Shown in pieces: positions 61,565 through 64,000 of a stretch of DNA of 64,000 bases; within the stretch, counting starts at the first letter, position 1; every line of letters starts with the position of its first letter. The stretch comes from Candidatus Bathyarchaeota archaeon. Its GTDB lineage: Archaea > Thermoproteota > Bathyarchaeia > 40CM-2-53-6 > RBG-13-38-9. Below the pieces are notes generated by a model that was not told the origin of the DNA, did not search any database, and worked only from the letters and a program-made list of their open reading frames with translations. The stretch is from positions 160,001 to 224,000 of the forward strand of contig CAWECG010000001.1 of assembly GCA_963807605.1 (NCBI GenBank), read 5' to 3'. The translations under genes and the position numbers were made by a program.

Positions 61565-64000
61565 GTGAAGGGTGCAAGGCAGAACAATCTCAAGAACATA
61601 ACAGTGGTAATTCCAAGGAATCGTCTAGTCGTTATGACAGGGCTGAGTGGCTCAGGGAAATCTTCTCTGGCCTTCGACACGATCTACGCCGAGGGACAGC
61701 GGAGATATATAGAATCACTATCAGCTTATGCACGACAGTTTCTCGGCCAACTTGAGAAGCCTGACGTTGATTACATAGAGAACCTCTCGCCGGCTGTCGC
61801 GATCGAGCAGAGAACGGCAAGCGCCAATCCGCGATCAACAGTGGCAACGGCGACGGAGATCCACGATTATCTCAGACTCCTTTTCGCGAGAATAGGAATA
61901 CCTCACTGCTACATCTGCGGAAGAAGAATCGCCAAGCAGACTGTTGAACAGATAGTCGATTCCGTAATGAGCCAGAAAAGCGACTCCTTAGCTAAGATTC
62001 TGGCTCCTGTTGTGCGGGGAAGGAAAGGGGAATACAAAGACCTCCTGGAAGACCTCAGACTCAAAGGATTCGTAAACGCAAGAGTAGACAAGAAAGAGAT
62101 CAGGATAGACCAACCCGTAAGACTGGAGAGATACAAGAAGCATACAATAGAAGCAGTTGTCGACAAACTCAGACTTACCACTCAAGAGAAGCCCAGACTC
62201 GCAGAGTCGATACAGATAGCATTGAATCTCTCGGGCGGGATTGTCACCATCGAGGCCGGAGGGTCCGAACTGGCCTTCAGTGAAAAACTCGCATGCCCAA
62301 AATGCGGGATAAGTATAGAGGAGCTGGAGCCCAGGATGTTCTCCTTTAACAGTCCCTACGGGGCCTGCGAGGAATGTACAGGCTTAGGAGTCAAGATAGG
62401 AATCGACCCGGAACTTGTCCTGCCCAACAAAGAGAAATCGATCTCGGAAGGGGCGATAAAACCATTCTTCGGCCCCATAGATGGGTGGGTTCTCTCCCAA
62501 TTTCGACCAATTGCTAGGCGACATGGCCTAGACTTTGACACGCCAGTTAAAGAGTTGACCGAGAAGCAGCTGCATCTAATCCTCTACGGAAACCCTTCGA
62601 CAGAAGGGGGGAAACTTTCGAAGGTGTTGTCAACATGCTTGAGCGGAGATACAAAAAGACTCAATCGGAGGCCATGAAAGAATGGTATCAGAAATTCATG
62701 AGCGAGACGCCCTGCCCGAAATGCAGAGGAGACAGACTCAAGTTACAGTCTTTGTCTGTCAAGATTCGTGACGTATCGATCGCGGAATTAACAAGGATGT
62801 CGATAACTGCTGCGACAAAGTTTCTGTCCACTTTAGTGCTAAGCGACAGAGAAAGGTTGATTGCCGAGAGGATACTAAAGGAACTAAATCAGCGACTGAA
62901 CTTCCTGGTCAACGTTGGACTTGGTTATCTCACCCTCGATAGAAGGATGAGCTCCCTATCAGGTGGAGAGGCTCAGAGAACCCAGCTTGCCACACAGATC
63001 GGTTCGGGTCTAACTGGCGTGTTGTATGTTCTGGATGAGCCGAGTATAGGTCTCCATCAGAGAGACAACAGAAAACTCCTTGAGACACTGCGTAAGATGC
63101 GAGATTTGGGAAACACAATAATTGTCGTCGAACACGACGAGGAGACGATTCTAGAGTCTGATTATCTGATCGACCTGGGCCCGGGGGCGGGGAGAAATGG
63201 TGGCCAAGTTGTCGCCACTGGGACACCGGAAGAGATTATGAAAAACCCTCAATCTTTGACAGGGAAATACCTGAGCCATCAACTATCCATACCCGTACCT
63301 GCAGGCAGGAGGCCCGGAAATGGGAAAACCCTGACTGTTCTAGGCGCTTCTGAGAATAATCTCAAGAATATTGACGTAACTATTCCTCTTGGCACTTTCG
63401 TCTGCGTGACGGGAGTCTCAGGTTCAGGCAAGAGTACCTTTCTGAATGAGATACTGTACAAAGCGCTAGCCCAGAGACTTCAAGGCTCGAGGGAGAAACC
63501 AGGAGCTTACAGATCACTGGTTGGAGTCGATAATATCGACAAGGTGATAATAATAAATCAGTCACCCATAGGCAGAACCCCTCGAAGCAACCCAGCAACA
63601 TACATCGGTGTATTCACACCGATGAGAGAGCTCTTCTCGAAACTTCCAGAATCAAGAGTTAGAGGATACAAACCTGGCAGATTCAGCTTCAATGTTCGTG
63701 GAGGAAGATGTGAAGCTTGTCAAGGTGCTGGAACAATAACAATTGAGATGCACTTTCTACCCAACGTCCATGTGCCATGTCAGGTCTGTCGAGGTAAGAG
63801 ATACGGGAGGGAGACCCTTGAAGTGAAATATAAAGAAAAAACCATATCCGACGTGCTCGAGATGACCGTGGAAGAAGCTTTGGAGTTTTTCTCAGCGATC
63901 CCACAGATCTCAAACAAACTGCAAACCATAGTCGATGTTGGCTTAGGCTACATAACGCTAGGCCAAAGCGCAACTACCCTATCAGGGGGTGAGGCGCAGA
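61565..64000 (+). CDS. uvrA: Excinuclease ABC subunit A, 3' truncated by the window; frameshift in G-run 62606-62611
   Basis: [23 protein letters not shown]; shifted frame continues FEGVVNML...[28 protein letters not shown]. Confidence 0.95.

Noticed and set aside
2611-62620. Frameshifts in ilvN (~2624), DUF2721 (~10875), HAD (~14798), pheA (~19183), DsrK-like (~54665) and uvrA (~62608) as programmed recoding, introns or pseudogenes
   Set aside because: Each is repaired by a single base, mostly in short homopolymers, with intact sequence on both sides and no obvious BHB; consensus errors are the simplest explanation, unlike the 31-nt structured EF-2 insert
740-63973. Numerous 60-190 aa ORFs antisense to or overlapping core genes
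   Set aside because: Shadow ORFs of well-supported genes

Overview
Archaeal chromosomal segment, most consistent with TACK/Bathyarchaeia-like archaea (eL13, exosome superoperon, type-2 SerRS, archaeal EF-2). It is mostly core genes: ilv/leu cluster, his operon, pheA, uS15-DHH-Pcc1-SerRS-eS1, glmM/glmU, eL15/eL13, isoprenoid genes, RNase P/proteasome/exosome superoperon, ECF module, XPF, PHI, Dph6 and EF-2. These are followed by an ArsR-DsrE-TusA-DsrMK-like-tetraheme cytochrome operon, a ClC channel and uvrBA. About six genes carry single-base frameshifts that look like consensus errors. Two ORF-track strand labels are wrong (23131..24759 and 50077..50265 read on +). Main discoveries not visible in the ORF track: (1) a 31-nt bulge-helix-bulge intron in the EF-2 gene whose canonical excision restores the conserved IRNIGIIAH motif; (2) a Leu/Ile/Val-rich leader peptide with mutually exclusive hairpins ahead of ilvB, i.e. 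bacterial-style attenuation in an archaeon; (3) a native leuB gutted and replaced in place by a foreign leuB between (GC)n junctions; (4) an 842-bp transposase-less element with TIRs and a 9-bp TSD; (5) the eL15 C-terminal tail relocated onto eL13; (6) a 12-aa poly-Lys micro-ORF looped out of a structured RNA; (7) a triple AT-hook small protein.
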